DNA of 64,000 bases, taken from contig MTMD02000002.1 in assembly GCA_002010065.2 (NCBI GenBank), positions 480,001 through 544,000 of the forward strand, read 5' to 3'. The notes beneath the pieces were generated by a model. That model saw nothing but the letters and a program-made list of their open reading frames with translations. It did no database searches and was not told the origin of the DNA. The position numbers and the translations under genes are program-made. The DNA is from Candidatus Pyrohabitans jungbluthii. Its GTDB lineage: Archaea; Hydrothermarchaeota; Hydrothermarchaeia; Hydrothermarchaeales; BMS3B. Below, piece by piece: positions 50,838 to 62,700 of this stretch. Each line of letters starts with the position of its first letter. Position 1 is the first letter of the stretch.

Positions 50838-53417
50838 TTGAATAAGCCCTATCTTTTCTCCCTGAGCTTTGCAGCGGGTGCATTGCTAATAGCCTCGGCA
50901 AGGAAGCTCTCCTTTGTATTGCCCTATGAGGATCTCTCTTTGGCTCTGCTTTTGTTCCTCACCGCCCTTGGCTTTTTGTGTGGCTACTACCCAGGCGGGA
51001 CGATTTCAAAAAGAGGCTTGGCGTTCCTTTTTTTTGCAGCCTCTGCAGCACCTCTGGCTCTTGCAAGTCTTCCCAGCTTTATCGCGGACGGTTACTTAGG
51101 CTTGCTTACGGTGCTCTTCTTCTCAGCCATAGTGGGAAAACTCTTCCGCTTGCATATCTTCTCTGGCTCAGATGCAGAGGCTGTGCTCTGGGGCATAGCC
51201 TTAGCCTTTCTTGCATCGCTCTTTCTTCTGCCAAAGCCGGGTTTGGATACTCTTCTCATATTCGCCTCCATCGCCCTTGCATCCTCAGGTGCGTACCTGC
51301 TGTACTCCGGCAGGTATGAGGATGTGAAATTTGAAAGAGCCAGTTTTTCAGCAGAGGCGATGTCTGCCTTCCTCGTTGCGATGCTTTTCTCAACCTTTGC
51401 ATTCTCTTATTCAAGGGCTGCGGCATGGCTCATCGGCTACACCGGCATTACCTTCTTAAGTGCAGGTGTGGCATTTTTTATTGCAATAGCCGCCGGATAT
51501 TTCCTCGCCGCAAGGAGGCTGGGTTCCCTATCCATAACTGTAGCCCTCTCCGTCCTTCCTGCGGCACTCTTCGTGAGCCTTTTAGCCTTGCCGTACTTAT
51601 CGTCTGCCTTCTCTGGAGGCTCGGTGCTTCGTCTTCTTCCCCTTTTCCTGCTATCCTCCCTCCCAGCCGGAGTGGCTTTCGGGATTCTGACGTGCTCAAT
51701 TCCGGAGAGAATCCCAGACTCGCGTTTTGTGGTTATCTCCCTTGCCCTTCCATTTGGTTTGCTTCTGGACCTGCTCTTAGCTTCGTTTTTGGGTACTAAA
51801 ACAGAATTCTTCTTTATTCCCCTTGCTGCTCTTTCTCTAGCCTTTTTCACCGCCTTTAAGCGAGCGGCGCTCGGCTCACGCAGCGTGGTCACCTTCCTTG
51901 CCCTGAGCCTCCTTGCCGGAGGGGGCGCAGGTATTGTAGCCAGCGACGCTTTTGCCCAGCCGCCCCAGTTAGCCTACCAGCACGAAAGCATGGGTGAGCT
52001 GCTCCAGGTTTTCAGGGAAGACGGAGTAACCAGCCTTAAGATAAATGGATATGAGGCTGCGAGTGATAGGGAGGCTCAGCGGGAAGCAGAAGCTTTCGCG
52101 GGATACGCTGCGATGTTTCTCCATGGTGGCGAGGCTGAGAAGGTGCTTATGCTTGGTATAGGCGGCGGCTTTGCTTTGCGGGCGGTGGAGTATTTTGATG
52201 TTGAAGAGATACATGCGGTAACCAGCGCCGCGCAGGCTGAGGCGGTGGCAGCTTTCTTCTCAGCAAAGAATGAGCTAGCCCTTGAGGATGAAAGGCTTTC
52301 CTTCAGAAAGGGAAGCGCCCTGAGATACCTCCTGCGCACTCCCGAAAGCTATGACGTAATCATCTCCCTGCCTCCCCCTCCTTGGAATTCTAACAACCCT
52401 GCCTACACCAGAGAGTTCTATCTCCTTGCAGCGCAGCATCTCAAGCAAGAGGGAGTCTTTGTCACGAGGCTTCGAAACCTTGAGTATGGGGAGGAGGAGT
52501 TCAAGGTTGCGATAAGAACCTTTATGGATATCTTTCCCCACTCCAGCATGTGGTATGCCGATGGTGATGTAATTCTCGTTGGAAGCGAGGCACCAATGAA
52601 TATAAACTACACGCACATTCGGAAGGTTATTGTTAACAGCCCAGCGAAGCCCGGTTACAGGACCCTATTTAAGGGTGCAACTTATACAGATTCAAACCTT
52701 GTGGATGAGTTCCTGAGCAATCTTTTAATGAGTGCCTCGGAGCTTTATGATTACTCCTATGAGGCGGAGGTAAATACCATATCATCGCCGGTACTTGAAT
52801 TTTCAACCGTGCGCAACCTTTATGTCAAGCCAAATAAAACGCTGGTGGGCAACGTACTCCTCTACAAACTTTCGAGGCAGGGAAATCCCCTTATCTACCC
52901 TGCCCTTGAGGGGCTCTACTCGCGGGATGGCTATAATATAAGGCTCCACTTCCTTAGCCTTGAGGCGAGCTTTGACGAGGACTGGAGTGAAGATTTTGTT
53001 GGCTACGTTTTCCGCTACCGGCCTTTAGCCACCCCTAAGGGTGTAAAGTACCTAAAGTCCTACACGAAGCGAGCCACTTTTGTGAGAGGCAATGAAAGCC
53101 TCAGATTCTACGCCTTCGAGTCCCGTGCATATTCCCTCAGCCGCGGTATGGCAACTCGGGAGGAGATACAGCAGGAGGTTAGGCAAATCCTTGAGGACAG
53201 ACTTTCCTTTCTGAACCAGAGGAAGACAAAGGAAAGTGTGGTTCTGGTTGGCGAGGAGGAGGGCATACTCATGCACGGCGCGCGGGAGGCTTCGCAGGAG
53301 AAGAGCATTCTTCTGGGGTGGTTCTGCAGAGAAAACAAGGAGATATACGTGGTGAGCTACGAGTATTCTGGGAAGGAAAAGCAGGTGATACCTGCAAGCA
53401 TTGCCTGCGTGCATTAA
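50838..53417 (+). CDS. Membrane-fused spermidine-synthase-like protein with C-terminal extension
   Basis: Multi-TM N-terminal half, VLMLGIGGG, YDVIIS, YTREFY; TTG start after GGGGTGA. Confidence 0.7.
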   Translation: MNKPYLFSLSFAAGALLIASARKLSFVLPYEDLSLALLLFLTALGFLCGYYPGGTISKRGLAFLFFAASAAPLALASLPSFIADGYLGLLTVLFFSAIVGKLFRLHIFSGSDAEAVLWGIALAFLASLFLLPKPGLDTLLIFASIALASSGAYLLYSGRYEDVKFERASFSAEAMSAFLVAMLFSTFAFSYSRAAAWLIGYTGITFLSAGVAFFIAIAAGYFLAARRLGSLSITVALSVLPAALFVSLLALPYLSSAFSGGSVLRLLPLFLLSSLPAGVAFGILTCSIPERIPDSRFVVISLALPFGLLLDLLLASFLGTKTEFFFIPLAALSLAFFTAFKRAALGSRSVVTFLALSLLAGGGAGIVASDAFAQPPQLAYQHESMGELLQVFREDGVTSLKINGYEAASDREAQREAEAFAGYAAMFLHGGEAEKVLMLGIGGGFALRAVEYFDVEEIHAVTSAAQAEAVAAFFSAKNELALEDERLSFRKGSALRYLLRTPESYDVIISLPPPPWNSNNPAYTREFYLLAAQHLKQEGVFVTRLRNLEYGEEEFKVAIRTFMDIFPHSSMWYADGDVILVGSEAPMNINYTHIRKVIVNSPAKPGYRTLFKGATYTDSNLVDEFLSNLLMSASELYDYSYEAEVNTISSPVLEFSTVRNLYVKPNKTLVGNVLLYKLSRQGNPLIYPALEGLYSRDGYNIRLHFLSLEASFDEDWSEDFVGYVFRYRPLATPKGVKYLKSYTKRATFVRGNESLRFYAFESRAYSLSRGMATREEIQQEVRQILEDRLSFLNQRKTKESVVLVGEEEGILMHGAREASQEKSILLGWFCRENKEIYVVSYEYSGKEKQVIPASIACVH

Positions 53418-54806
53418 TTATTCTGCGAGGAGCTTGTCACCGAATAGTTTGCGGCTCTCCTCTCTTAGAAGCTTCCGGTGGCTTAGGTAAAGGAACTCTG
53501 CAGTATCGTCAGTTATAATCGGTGTGTCCTCCTCAACCTCAATGGGATAATGGGGTATGTAGAAGGGCTCGGGTGAGGCGTAAAGTATTGAGATGTCTTT
53601 TTGAGCAGGAAGCTGGGCATATACGTAGGGAAACACCTGCTTCAGAGTTTTGTAAACAGCCTTCGCCAGCTTTGCCCTGCGAGGATCTCCAGGAGTCACC
53701 ACCACAACCACGCCCTTTTCGCTTAGCTTGCCTTTCACATCCTCAAGGGCCTCTCTGCTTAAAAGATTAAAGGCGGGAGCAGAGAAGGTATCTATTACGA
53801 TAAGGTCGTACTTTTTCTGTGTACCCCTGATATAGCGTCTTCCGCTGTCTATGGTTACACTACCTGAGTAGCTGAAGTATTTTTTAGCGACCTCAGCTAA
53901 GCCTGCGTCAGCCTCAATCACATCAAGGGCTAAGCCTGCGTCTTGCAGGTTTCTCGCCAGGGTGCCACCCCCCAGGCCTATTAAAAGCCCTCGTTCCACA
54001 TCTGGAATCACATCCGTATATATTCTATTAGTATATTCAAAGCAGGAACCTCGGCTGGAGAGGTCCATGCAGGAGCGCACCTCCCCGTTGACCAGGAGGT
54101 AACGCTTTGCCTCCTGCTCAATCACCTTTATCTGTCCCACCGCACTTTCCTCCTCGTGGACTATCCGCGGGTCCTTCGCTGGCATTAAGTTGAAGGTGTA
54201 GTAGTTGTGGGCAACCAGAATAAAAAACAGGGCTACAGCAAGCTCAGCTTTTTTCATGGTAACATAACCAATAGCTGCAAGCACCATTAGCAAAATGGCA
54301 GAGAGTGTGAGTATGTGTGAAATATTTAGGGCAGGGAGGTAACCAATTACAATTGCAGCAGAGAGTGAGCCCACGCCAGCGATGCCCAAGAACCTTCCTG
54401 CAGCCTCACCCGCCTCTCCTTTGCTGAGCCTTATGCAGTAGGGCAAAACCATGGTGAGGAGGGTTATGGGCAGAGCGAAGAGGAGCAGAGAAGACATTAA
54501 AGCGCCTGCTCTAACTCCCAAAGGCGACGTCAGGAGAAGAACCTTTACCTTCACCAGAGGTATGAGCAGCACAAGTACGCCCGCCAGGAATACTATGAGG
54601 TAAAGCGCTCCCTCCCCGGGCAGGCGGCGGGCAAGCTTCCCTCCCACAAAGTAGCCTAGGGAGATTGAGGCCAGGGCTGCGTATAAAAAGGATGACCATA
54701 CATAAAGCGTAGCTCCATAGAAGGGTGCAAGTATGCGCATCCCCGCTATAGTGAGGGTTATTAGAACGGCGCCGGTGAAGAAGGCGGTAATGTAGAGTTT
54801 TTTCAT
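53418..54806 (-). CDS. Membrane-fused spermidine-synthase-like protein
   Basis: RILAPFYGATLYVW, LIGLGGG, KYDLIVIDTF, IITDD. Confidence 0.75.
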   Translation of the reverse strand: MKKLYITAFFTGAVLITLTIAGMRILAPFYGATLYVWSSFLYAALASISLGYFVGGKLARRLPGEGALYLIVFLAGVLVLLIPLVKVKVLLLTSPLGVRAGALMSSLLLFALPITLLTMVLPYCIRLSKGEAGEAAGRFLGIAGVGSLSAAIVIGYLPALNISHILTLSAILLMVLAAIGYVTMKKAELAVALFFILVAHNYYTFNLMPAKDPRIVHEEESAVGQIKVIEQEAKRYLLVNGEVRSCMDLSSRGSCFEYTNRIYTDVIPDVERGLLIGLGGGTLARNLQDAGLALDVIEADAGLAEVAKKYFSYSGSVTIDSGRRYIRGTQKKYDLIVIDTFSAPAFNLLSREALEDVKGKLSEKGVVVVVTPGDPRRAKLAKAVYKTLKQVFPYVYAQLPAQKDISILYASPEPFYIPHYPIEVEEDTPIITDDTAEFLYLSHRKLLREESRKLFGDKLLAE

Positions 54807-54910
54807 GACTTGGTTATTGCTATCGGAGTATTTAAAATTTCAAGTAAGCCACACGTTTTAACCGAATCTGAAGTTATAATGAGAGTCAACTCTGGGTCTT
54901 AGAGCAATGC

Positions 54911-55218
54911 TTAATGTTGCCTTTTGACACTACTAAGACTGTCGATGCTAAAGTACCTAATGGTGGCACGTACCTCCTACCAGCCGCCGCTCCTGAGCCA
55001 ATACTCGGGGTCCTGCATATACATTTCCGCTCTCCCACCCGTAATTGGTCCCATTATTATAGGGGGTGTAGTATTCAGAGAAACTCCAAGATTCGTTAAT
55101 ACCGGTCAGAAAGTCGTCTTGTAGCACCACAGTCTGCGCTTCGGCACTCACACACCCACCCAAAAACTGATAAAAACACAAGACATGCCAATGGAACTGG
55201 AATCAATGTGTTCCTCAT
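54911..55218 (-). pseudogene. Frameshifted remnant of a secreted protein gene
   Basis: AGGAGG RBS plus MRNTLIPVPLACLVFLSV, continuing in another frame as LGGCVSAEAQTVVLQDDF..., then stops. Confidence 0.4.
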
Positions 55219-55612
55219 ACTCAACCTCCTCCTTTTTCAATTTTTGTCATGACTAAAACCCAAGATTTTCCCTGAATCCCCATCTTTACCAACTCCAATT
55301 GTTAGTTAAAGTTTCTTTATATTAAAGCTCGTTTAAAGCTCGTAAGGTGTATAAAAAGTTTACTACAGTTTGACAAAAATTTACATGGTAGAGAGGCGGT
55401 GCTACCTTAAAATAATTAGTAAATTTCTGGATCTTATAACGAGTCTTGAATATTCGTAAATTTTACTCGTCCAAGAAATCTATGGCTATGCCCTTAGAAA
55501 ATACCACTTAGCACCCAGTTAAATAATGGGGGGCTACACCGAGAGAAAAACATTTAAAGGAGTTGGTACACACATACCACCACCCGGAGGTCGAGAAAAA
55601 TTTTAAGGCCGT

Positions 55613-55630
55613 GATAGAAAAGTTTATAAA
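55613..55630 (+). promoter_or_regulatory. BRE/TATA promoter candidate for the cytochrome operon
   Basis: GAAAAG-TTTATAAA; two more BRE/TATA-like motifs at about 55543-55560 and 55593-55608. Confidence 0.45.
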
Positions 55631-55691
55631 AAAAAAGTTTAATAATATTTAATCATATTAGCAAAGTGTGTATAGGATAGGTGTGGGCCAC

Positions 55692-56693
55692 ATGTCGTTG
55701 TCATGGAATAAAGGCATTGTACTGATAGTGTTGCTTCTAAGCATCTCAGTGGTTTATGCAGCTGACCAGTTCTATTCGATTAAAGGTGGCCCCACTTACA
55801 ACGGCTCAAGCGATGGCTGGGTTATGGTTTGGGATGCAGGAGCAACTCAGGACAGCTACCTTAGAGTTGCCTTCTCTGTTAACCGCCCAGCCTACAAGCT
55901 TGGAAAGACTGTTTCGGTAATGATACGTACCGACGGCTATTACTCCAGAGACTCTGGCTGGTGGTATACAGAGGGTGGCGCAAGTGTTGATTATGTAAAG
56001 TTTTACTATCCGAACGGCACACTTATAAAGCAGCTCAGCGGTACCACTGGCAGCGACGGCGTGTGGAAGGACGACACCGCCTTAATGCTCACAAAAGACA
56101 TGCCCATGGGCACCTACAAGGTGGAGGCGAGCGTAACTAAAGGCACGACAACTGTGGGGGATGATGCTGGAGGCTACATGACCATCTACTTCGACGTCGG
56201 AGGAGAGCTTCACCTCACGGTTAATACAAATGCAAGCACAGATAGCAGAGGAAGGTTTGTAGCAGCAAACGGCTCGGTGGTTAGAATTTATGGGCAAATC
56301 CTTCAGCCCAATGGCGACGTGTTCAGCAGCACCACAGTACCTTCGGGAAGTGCTGTTACTGTAAGGCTTGGAATAGTTAAGCCCGACGAGAGCTATACAT
56401 ACATGACCCAAACAACAACCACTGGCGACTATTCCTTTGATGTTCTCCTTGACCAAGTGGGACATTACTTCTTTGTTGTTACCGCCAACTGCACAGTAGG
56501 CGGTCCGATTACTGGCATCAAGTACGTTGTATGTGAGGGAAGAAATCAGACAAATATTATTTCAACGGGAGAGTGGCCAGCGGCGGGGGGCTCCTTCGCA
56601 TCCTCTCCTCTCGCAATTAGCGTGGCGGTGATTCTTGCAATAATATCAGCTTACTACCCAGGGGGTATGCTGTATAGGCGGCTCAGGAAGTAA
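55692..56693 (+). CDS. Secreted beta-rich (Ig-like) surface protein with C-terminal membrane anchor
   Basis: Signal peptide ..SVVYA; Thr/Gly/Tyr-rich beta strands; C-terminal TM and RRLRK. Confidence 0.7.
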   Translation: MSLSWNKGIVLIVLLLSISVVYAADQFYSIKGGPTYNGSSDGWVMVWDAGATQDSYLRVAFSVNRPAYKLGKTVSVMIRTDGYYSRDSGWWYTEGGASVDYVKFYYPNGTLIKQLSGTTGSDGVWKDDTALMLTKDMPMGTYKVEASVTKGTTTVGDDAGGYMTIYFDVGGELHLTVNTNASTDSRGRFVAANGSVVRIYGQILQPNGDVFSSTTVPSGSAVTVRLGIVKPDESYTYMTQTTTTGDYSFDVLLDQVGHYFFVVTANCTVGGPITGIKYVVCEGRNQTNIISTGEWPAAGGSFASSPLAISVAVILAIISAYYPGGMLYRRLRK

Positions 56694-56715
56694 TCACGGT
56701 AAGTGCAGAGGCAGC

Positions 56716-59700
56716 ATGAGAAGAGGGCTGGTGTTAGTCTTTACTTTAGCTGTGCTTTTCTCAGTTTCGCCTGTGCATGCCAAGGTTACAAACTGGAACG
56801 TCAACATAGAGTTCAGAGATACCGCCAACAATATAATAACAAGCATACAGCCCGGGCAGACCTTCTATGTGAACATAAGCGTCACCGCCTCCAGCGACAC
56901 CGGCGAAACCTATCCCATGGCGAAGCTGAGCATCCCCCCGGGCTTTACCATAATACCCAAAAAGATAAACGACGGCACCTACGACATTGAAGAACACAGC
57001 GTTCATTTTTACAGTCTTGAAGCAGATGGAGACTGGTATGTTACCGGCTCCAGCCTGGCAGATGGCACAAACTGGAACACAGGCTGGGTTGTTAAGGCTG
57101 ACGACTACTTAATTCCCGGGAAAAACTACACCTTCTTTATTGCGATGTATGACGAGGACACCACAGGCGGTACCAAAACGAGTTACTATGAAAACTTCCC
57201 TGCCTACTACCAAGGCTGGGGTAATAAGTTTTACAAGGATATTTACGTCCAGCCCACTATTTCCACCCTAACGGTAAGTGTGAACTCGACCACCTACGAC
57301 ATAGGTGGAGGCGTAACCGTAGAGGGCTTCAAGATAGGCGACACCGTGCTCATAAGCGGCACCACTGAACCTAACGCTAATGTAAACATTACTATTTGGA
57401 AGCCCCAGTACACCATTGGCGCAAAAATCACAACCACAGCGGATGGTAGTGGGAACTTCCAGGCAACCTACACCCTGACGGAAAACTGGGACAGGCGCGG
57501 TATATATACCGTTGAAGTGATAGCCTACAAGGCTCCCAACCTCATAGCAAGAACCAAAATAAACTTCTACGTTGGCGACAACATAGCTCAGAACGATAAA
57601 GCTTTCAGAAGCAAAAGGGTTTCCCCTCCTGACATAAGCTACTCCTGCGGCGATTGTCATACCGCCGTATTCTTCAACTACAGCGTTATGAGCCAGGCAG
57701 ACCAGATTAATCCTGGCAGTGAAGGGACACCTGATCCACATAAGGAGCATCCTTACCGCTCACCCCCAACAGAGAATTGCGACTGGATTCATTGGATTCA
57801 CGACCCTCTGCCGGAATTTAATGAAAGCAGACTGGCTTCCGGTGTGTTGTTAAAGCAGGATCGCGTTACTGCTGGAAGAAGCTACACACAGCCTGGAGAG
57901 ATTACCCACCTTGCCGAGTGGGAGAGGGATGATGACATACCTCCACCCTATGCGATTACCGAGTTTTATGCAGAGCCATTAAATTATCCTGACTCCGCTG
58001 GTGAGTGGACTGCTTGCAGTATGTGCCACCTGAATGTTCGTGGCTACTCTTACGTGAGGACTGACAACACTCTCACTTGCACACCAAAGGGCAACAACCG
58101 TCCGGGATGTCACGTTGTTGAGAGGGAGGGAACCCATAAATACACACCTTCCTGCCAGAACTGCCACGTTCCTTCGGGAAAGAGCTTGAAGGATGTTGAG
58201 CTTCCCAACTGCCTCAAGTGCCATGCTATTAAAAACTATTGGGAATATGGCGTAGGCACTTCCCACGCCACTGACAGTAGTGGCAGTGATATTACAGATG
58301 CTGTAATGGCAGATGATGAGAATGTTTTTAGATTGGATACTTCGGGGCAGTATGTTGAGGCAAATATCTCCGCTCCCTTCAGAGAGAAAGCCCTTCAGGT
58401 TATAAAAATCGGAGTGAACTGGAACGGCACAACCAGCGGAGGTGCGGGCAATCAGCAGATAGAGCTTCAGTACCTCGACGTAAATGGTATATGGCAGTCC
58501 GCAGGGTTATCTCCTGCTCGGACTACGCCTTTTGAAGCGACAGATTACTTCATTATTAAGAACACCTCAGACCCGAGCTTAACAAATCCCGCCGGGCTGA
58601 ATGAGCACGGTGAGATTGTGGTAAGGGTTGTATATCCAACCGATGGCAATTCTAAAGAATTTGCTGATATTGATTATATCTTCATGGACATTCTAGCGGA
58701 TGATTCAATTGCCCTCGAAGGTGCCCACGAGGGTGTGGAGTGCCTCAACTGCCACGGGCACAGCCACAACGCAACCAGGCAAATCTACTGTACCTCCTGC
58801 AAGGGTCAGAAGCTTGCCCCCGAGGGTGAGCACGTGTGGCAGAAGAAGAACGCCACCGGCGGGGATATAATAGAGGGGGTGAACACCTCCCTGTGGTGTA
58901 CAGAGTGCCACGGTGGATATGGGCACACCTCAATAACAAATACGCCTTCCTGCGCCAAGTGCCACAATCCGAGCGTTGCCAACAAGTCTTGGAAGCGGTA
59001 TTCTTATACCGAAATTCCGCCGTGGGGTCTGGACAACATCCATGGCAGAGCTAACCTCTTCTGCGAGGATTGTCACATTGATAATCACAACGTCACATTG
59101 CCCAGCTGCAACGCAGAGGGCTGCCATATCGCCAATATTTCTGATACTGTACCCAGCTCGGGCTACTACGCCACCTGGGACGACTCCACAAAGACTCACG
59201 ACCCGAGCCACAGCAGCGGTACAAACTATACCATAGAGATGCACGCATACAATGCCAGTGGTTGGTATGGCAAGAGTGACAAGAAATGGGGTGCCACCTG
59301 CGATGAGTGTCACAACAACCATACAAGTGAGGTTTACCTCAAGCTTGAGAACAAGTGGATAAATGCGAGCACCGATTCTATGGTACACTCCACCAACAGA
59401 AGTATAGCCGAGATGGTGCCCTACAATGAGAGTTATGCTTCCTACGATGCAAAGTGGTGTGTTGACTGCCATCAGGATAGAGGAAGCCACTATGGGTGGA
59501 GTTGTCTTGACTGCCACTATCGTGATGACGGCGACGACACGTTTAAGGAGCCTGCCTTCCACAGCGCTAAAATCGCAAAGTCTGGTGGGGGCGGCCCCAA
59601 CTGTATAGGTTGCCACGACATTGGAGGCAGCGCCACCCACATTATAAACGTCACCGCCTTAAATCTGAGCGTTCATGGCGGAATAGTTACCAATTCAAGT

Positions 59701-62700
59701 ACTTATTCCACGTATGGCTTGAATCAGAGCTGCTACGCGTGCCACACCAGTGATGGTCAGGCACCTGATGACATGGGCGACCGTTACAACAACCCGTGGA
59801 CATGTGTTGACTGCCATACCAGCGGAGGTGCAAAGGCTGGTGCCTATGGTGCGCCCATAGTTAGTGAGCACTATCGCAGTGGAGATAATATAACTGCTGT
59901 TGGTTATGCCAGCACCGACGTACTCAGCTGCCTTGCATGCCACCAGAATGCCACTGATGCCAGCCTGAGGGACTTCATGCTCATCCCTGCCAACGATCCA
60001 AATGAGGGTAGCTCCGTCTCAGATGTTGATGGAGATGGGATTAAGGGTGGCAACATAAGCTTCTACCACTATGGTAAGGATAACAGCTGGTTGAGAACAG
60101 GGCCTGGTGGCAGCACTTCCTGTCAGTTCTGCCATCAGAACAACAGCATCTTCACTGCAGTAATGAGCGATTCCACTCACAACAGCATGCAGAACCACAC
60201 TGACAATGCTGTTGTAGACTGTACTGACTGTCATGGTACTGGCTGGATACACAATGCATCGCTCACCAAGCCTGTGCTTACTGCGAGTGATGACAGCGTA
60301 TGTACAAGCTGTCATACAACCAAGAGCCGGCACAACAGCGCTGGCAACCGCGCCAATGCTGAGGAGGTAAAGTGTATTGCCTGCCACACTGGTGATGTAA
60401 ACACCTACCAGCCTAGAGACATCCACGGCATAAAGATTATTAACTCCTCGGGTGGTTATGAACAGTGGGGCACCTCTTCTCCAGCGACCTGTGTCACCTG
60501 CCACCAGAGCAACCTTGGTGGCAAATTTGCGAACGCTTCGCAGGTACCTTCACCGCTCAATCACAGCCAGGATCCCATTGCTGGGCAGAAGTGGAACAAG
60601 ACTTCGCAGGCTTACTGGACTCCTGGCGATGATCAGGAGGCGTGCAACTACTGCCATGGCGATTCCAGGCACGAGGCTAATGCACTGGGCAATGCCTCAG
60701 CTATAGAGGATTCGCTGAGCAGGAACGCCACTGACCTCAGCACCACCAGCTGGTGTGCTGGTTGCCACTACTCGGAGGCGAGCAACTACAACGGCACTGC
60801 CTTCTCGCCTCAGCCGCCCGAGATAATCACCTGGGGTGGCACAGCCAATGATGGCACAAGCTTCCAGAACCACAGCGGCTACCTCTCCAGTGGATACGAC
60901 GATAGTGTGTGCACCTCCTGCCACAGTGGTAGCACCTCTTCGACTGCGCTGTATCCGCACAACGTTTACGAGGGCGTCGCAGGCGGTCCCAACTGCATAA
61001 GCTGCCACGACATAGGTCAGAGTGGTGCTCCCAAGCACATCAACTTCACCGCTGTAAATTCAAGCGAGAATATTCACTTTAATCTGAACAATGCCACTCC
61101 TGTGAGTTATGATCCTGTTAACAGGATTTGCCTTGGCTGTCACAGCAGCGATGGAAGCGAGCCTGCGAGTGGACATCCCACAGGCTACAAGTCGCCTTAT
61201 ACCTGCGTAGACTGCCACGTTAACTCGCCACCTGCCCATGCAAGCAATGCTCCGCAGGTAAGGGAGCACTACCGCAATGGCAGCGAGGTGAAGGCGGTTA
61301 CGGACGCAGCCAGCGACGTGCTCAGCTGCATTGCGTGCCACCAGAACTCTACCACAGCAAATACAATGCTAATACCAGCCAACGATCCTGACTATGGCAG
61401 CTTTGATGCCGATGGAGACGGAGTTAGTGGCGGCAACATAAGCGCCTCTCACTATGGCAAGAAGCGCACTGATATTGTCAGTGGAGGCGTAACAAGCTGC
61501 GCCTACTGCCACCAGAACGCTGGAAGCGAGTTCGCTGGTGTGTTCAACAAGAGCGGTAATGCAGACATGCTTAACCATACTGACAACACCGTGGTAGACT
61601 GCACAGACAGTAACTGCCACTCCTCTGGCAGAATTCACGACTCTGCCTTAACCAAGCCGCCTACGATGTACAACAACACCTACTGTACCACATGCCACAC
61701 TGGCAAGGAGCTTCACGGCAGTAATACCATAACAGGAATAAGTCCACAGGGCAGCGGAGTCAACTGCTATGATTGCCATGCCGATGAAAACAAAGAGGTT
61801 GCTCCCATTCACGGCATAAGCTACATAAACACCACAGGCGGCTTCACAGTTTGGGATAACTCCAGTGCAGCCACCTGCAAGACCTGCCACCAGAGCAGCG
61901 TTGCTGATGCTGCTATAGGAGCAACTGCGCCCAAGATACGCTCACCGCTTCACCACAGCGATGATCCCATAGCCGGATGGAAGTGGAACGCCTCTGGGTA
62001 CTGGAATGACACCAACAGTGTTGAGTACGATGACTCCTGCTACTTCTGCCATGGCAGCGTGAAGCACAGCGCCAACGCCATGGGCTTAATAGTTACCAAC
62101 AACGTGACTGGGAGCAACTCCTACAACACCTCCAGCTTCGACACAAGCTACTGGTGCGCCAACTGCCACTACAGCAACAGCGCTGACAACTATGCAGGCG
62201 ACCTCTTCACGCCTAAAGTGGTTGAGATAACCTCCTGGCCAGTGAACTCAAGCGATGGGCAGCAGGAGTTTGTGAACCATACCAGTTACATCTCATCAGG
62301 TCATACTGATAGCGTTTGTAAGGGCTGCCACGGTGGCTTTGCACCTGAAACCACGGGCGACTTTGCCCACGACGTGGCTATAGGTGCAGCCGGCGGCCCC
62401 AACTGCATAAGCTGCCACGATATTGGCGCCAACCCAAGTGTAACCCACGTGATTAATGTCTCGGCCCTGCAGCAGGGTGTGCACGGCAATATTGATACCC
62501 CAGCGGATGACGCTACATATGGCTTGAATCAGAGCTGCTACGCGTGTCACACCAGTAATGGTCAGGCACCTCCAGAAGGAGATATGGGCGACCGGGCCTT
62601 TAACCCGTGGACATGTGTTGACTGCCATACCAGCGGAGGTGCAAAGGCTGGTGCCTATGGTGCGCCCATAGTTAGTGAGCACTATCGCAGTGGAGATAAT

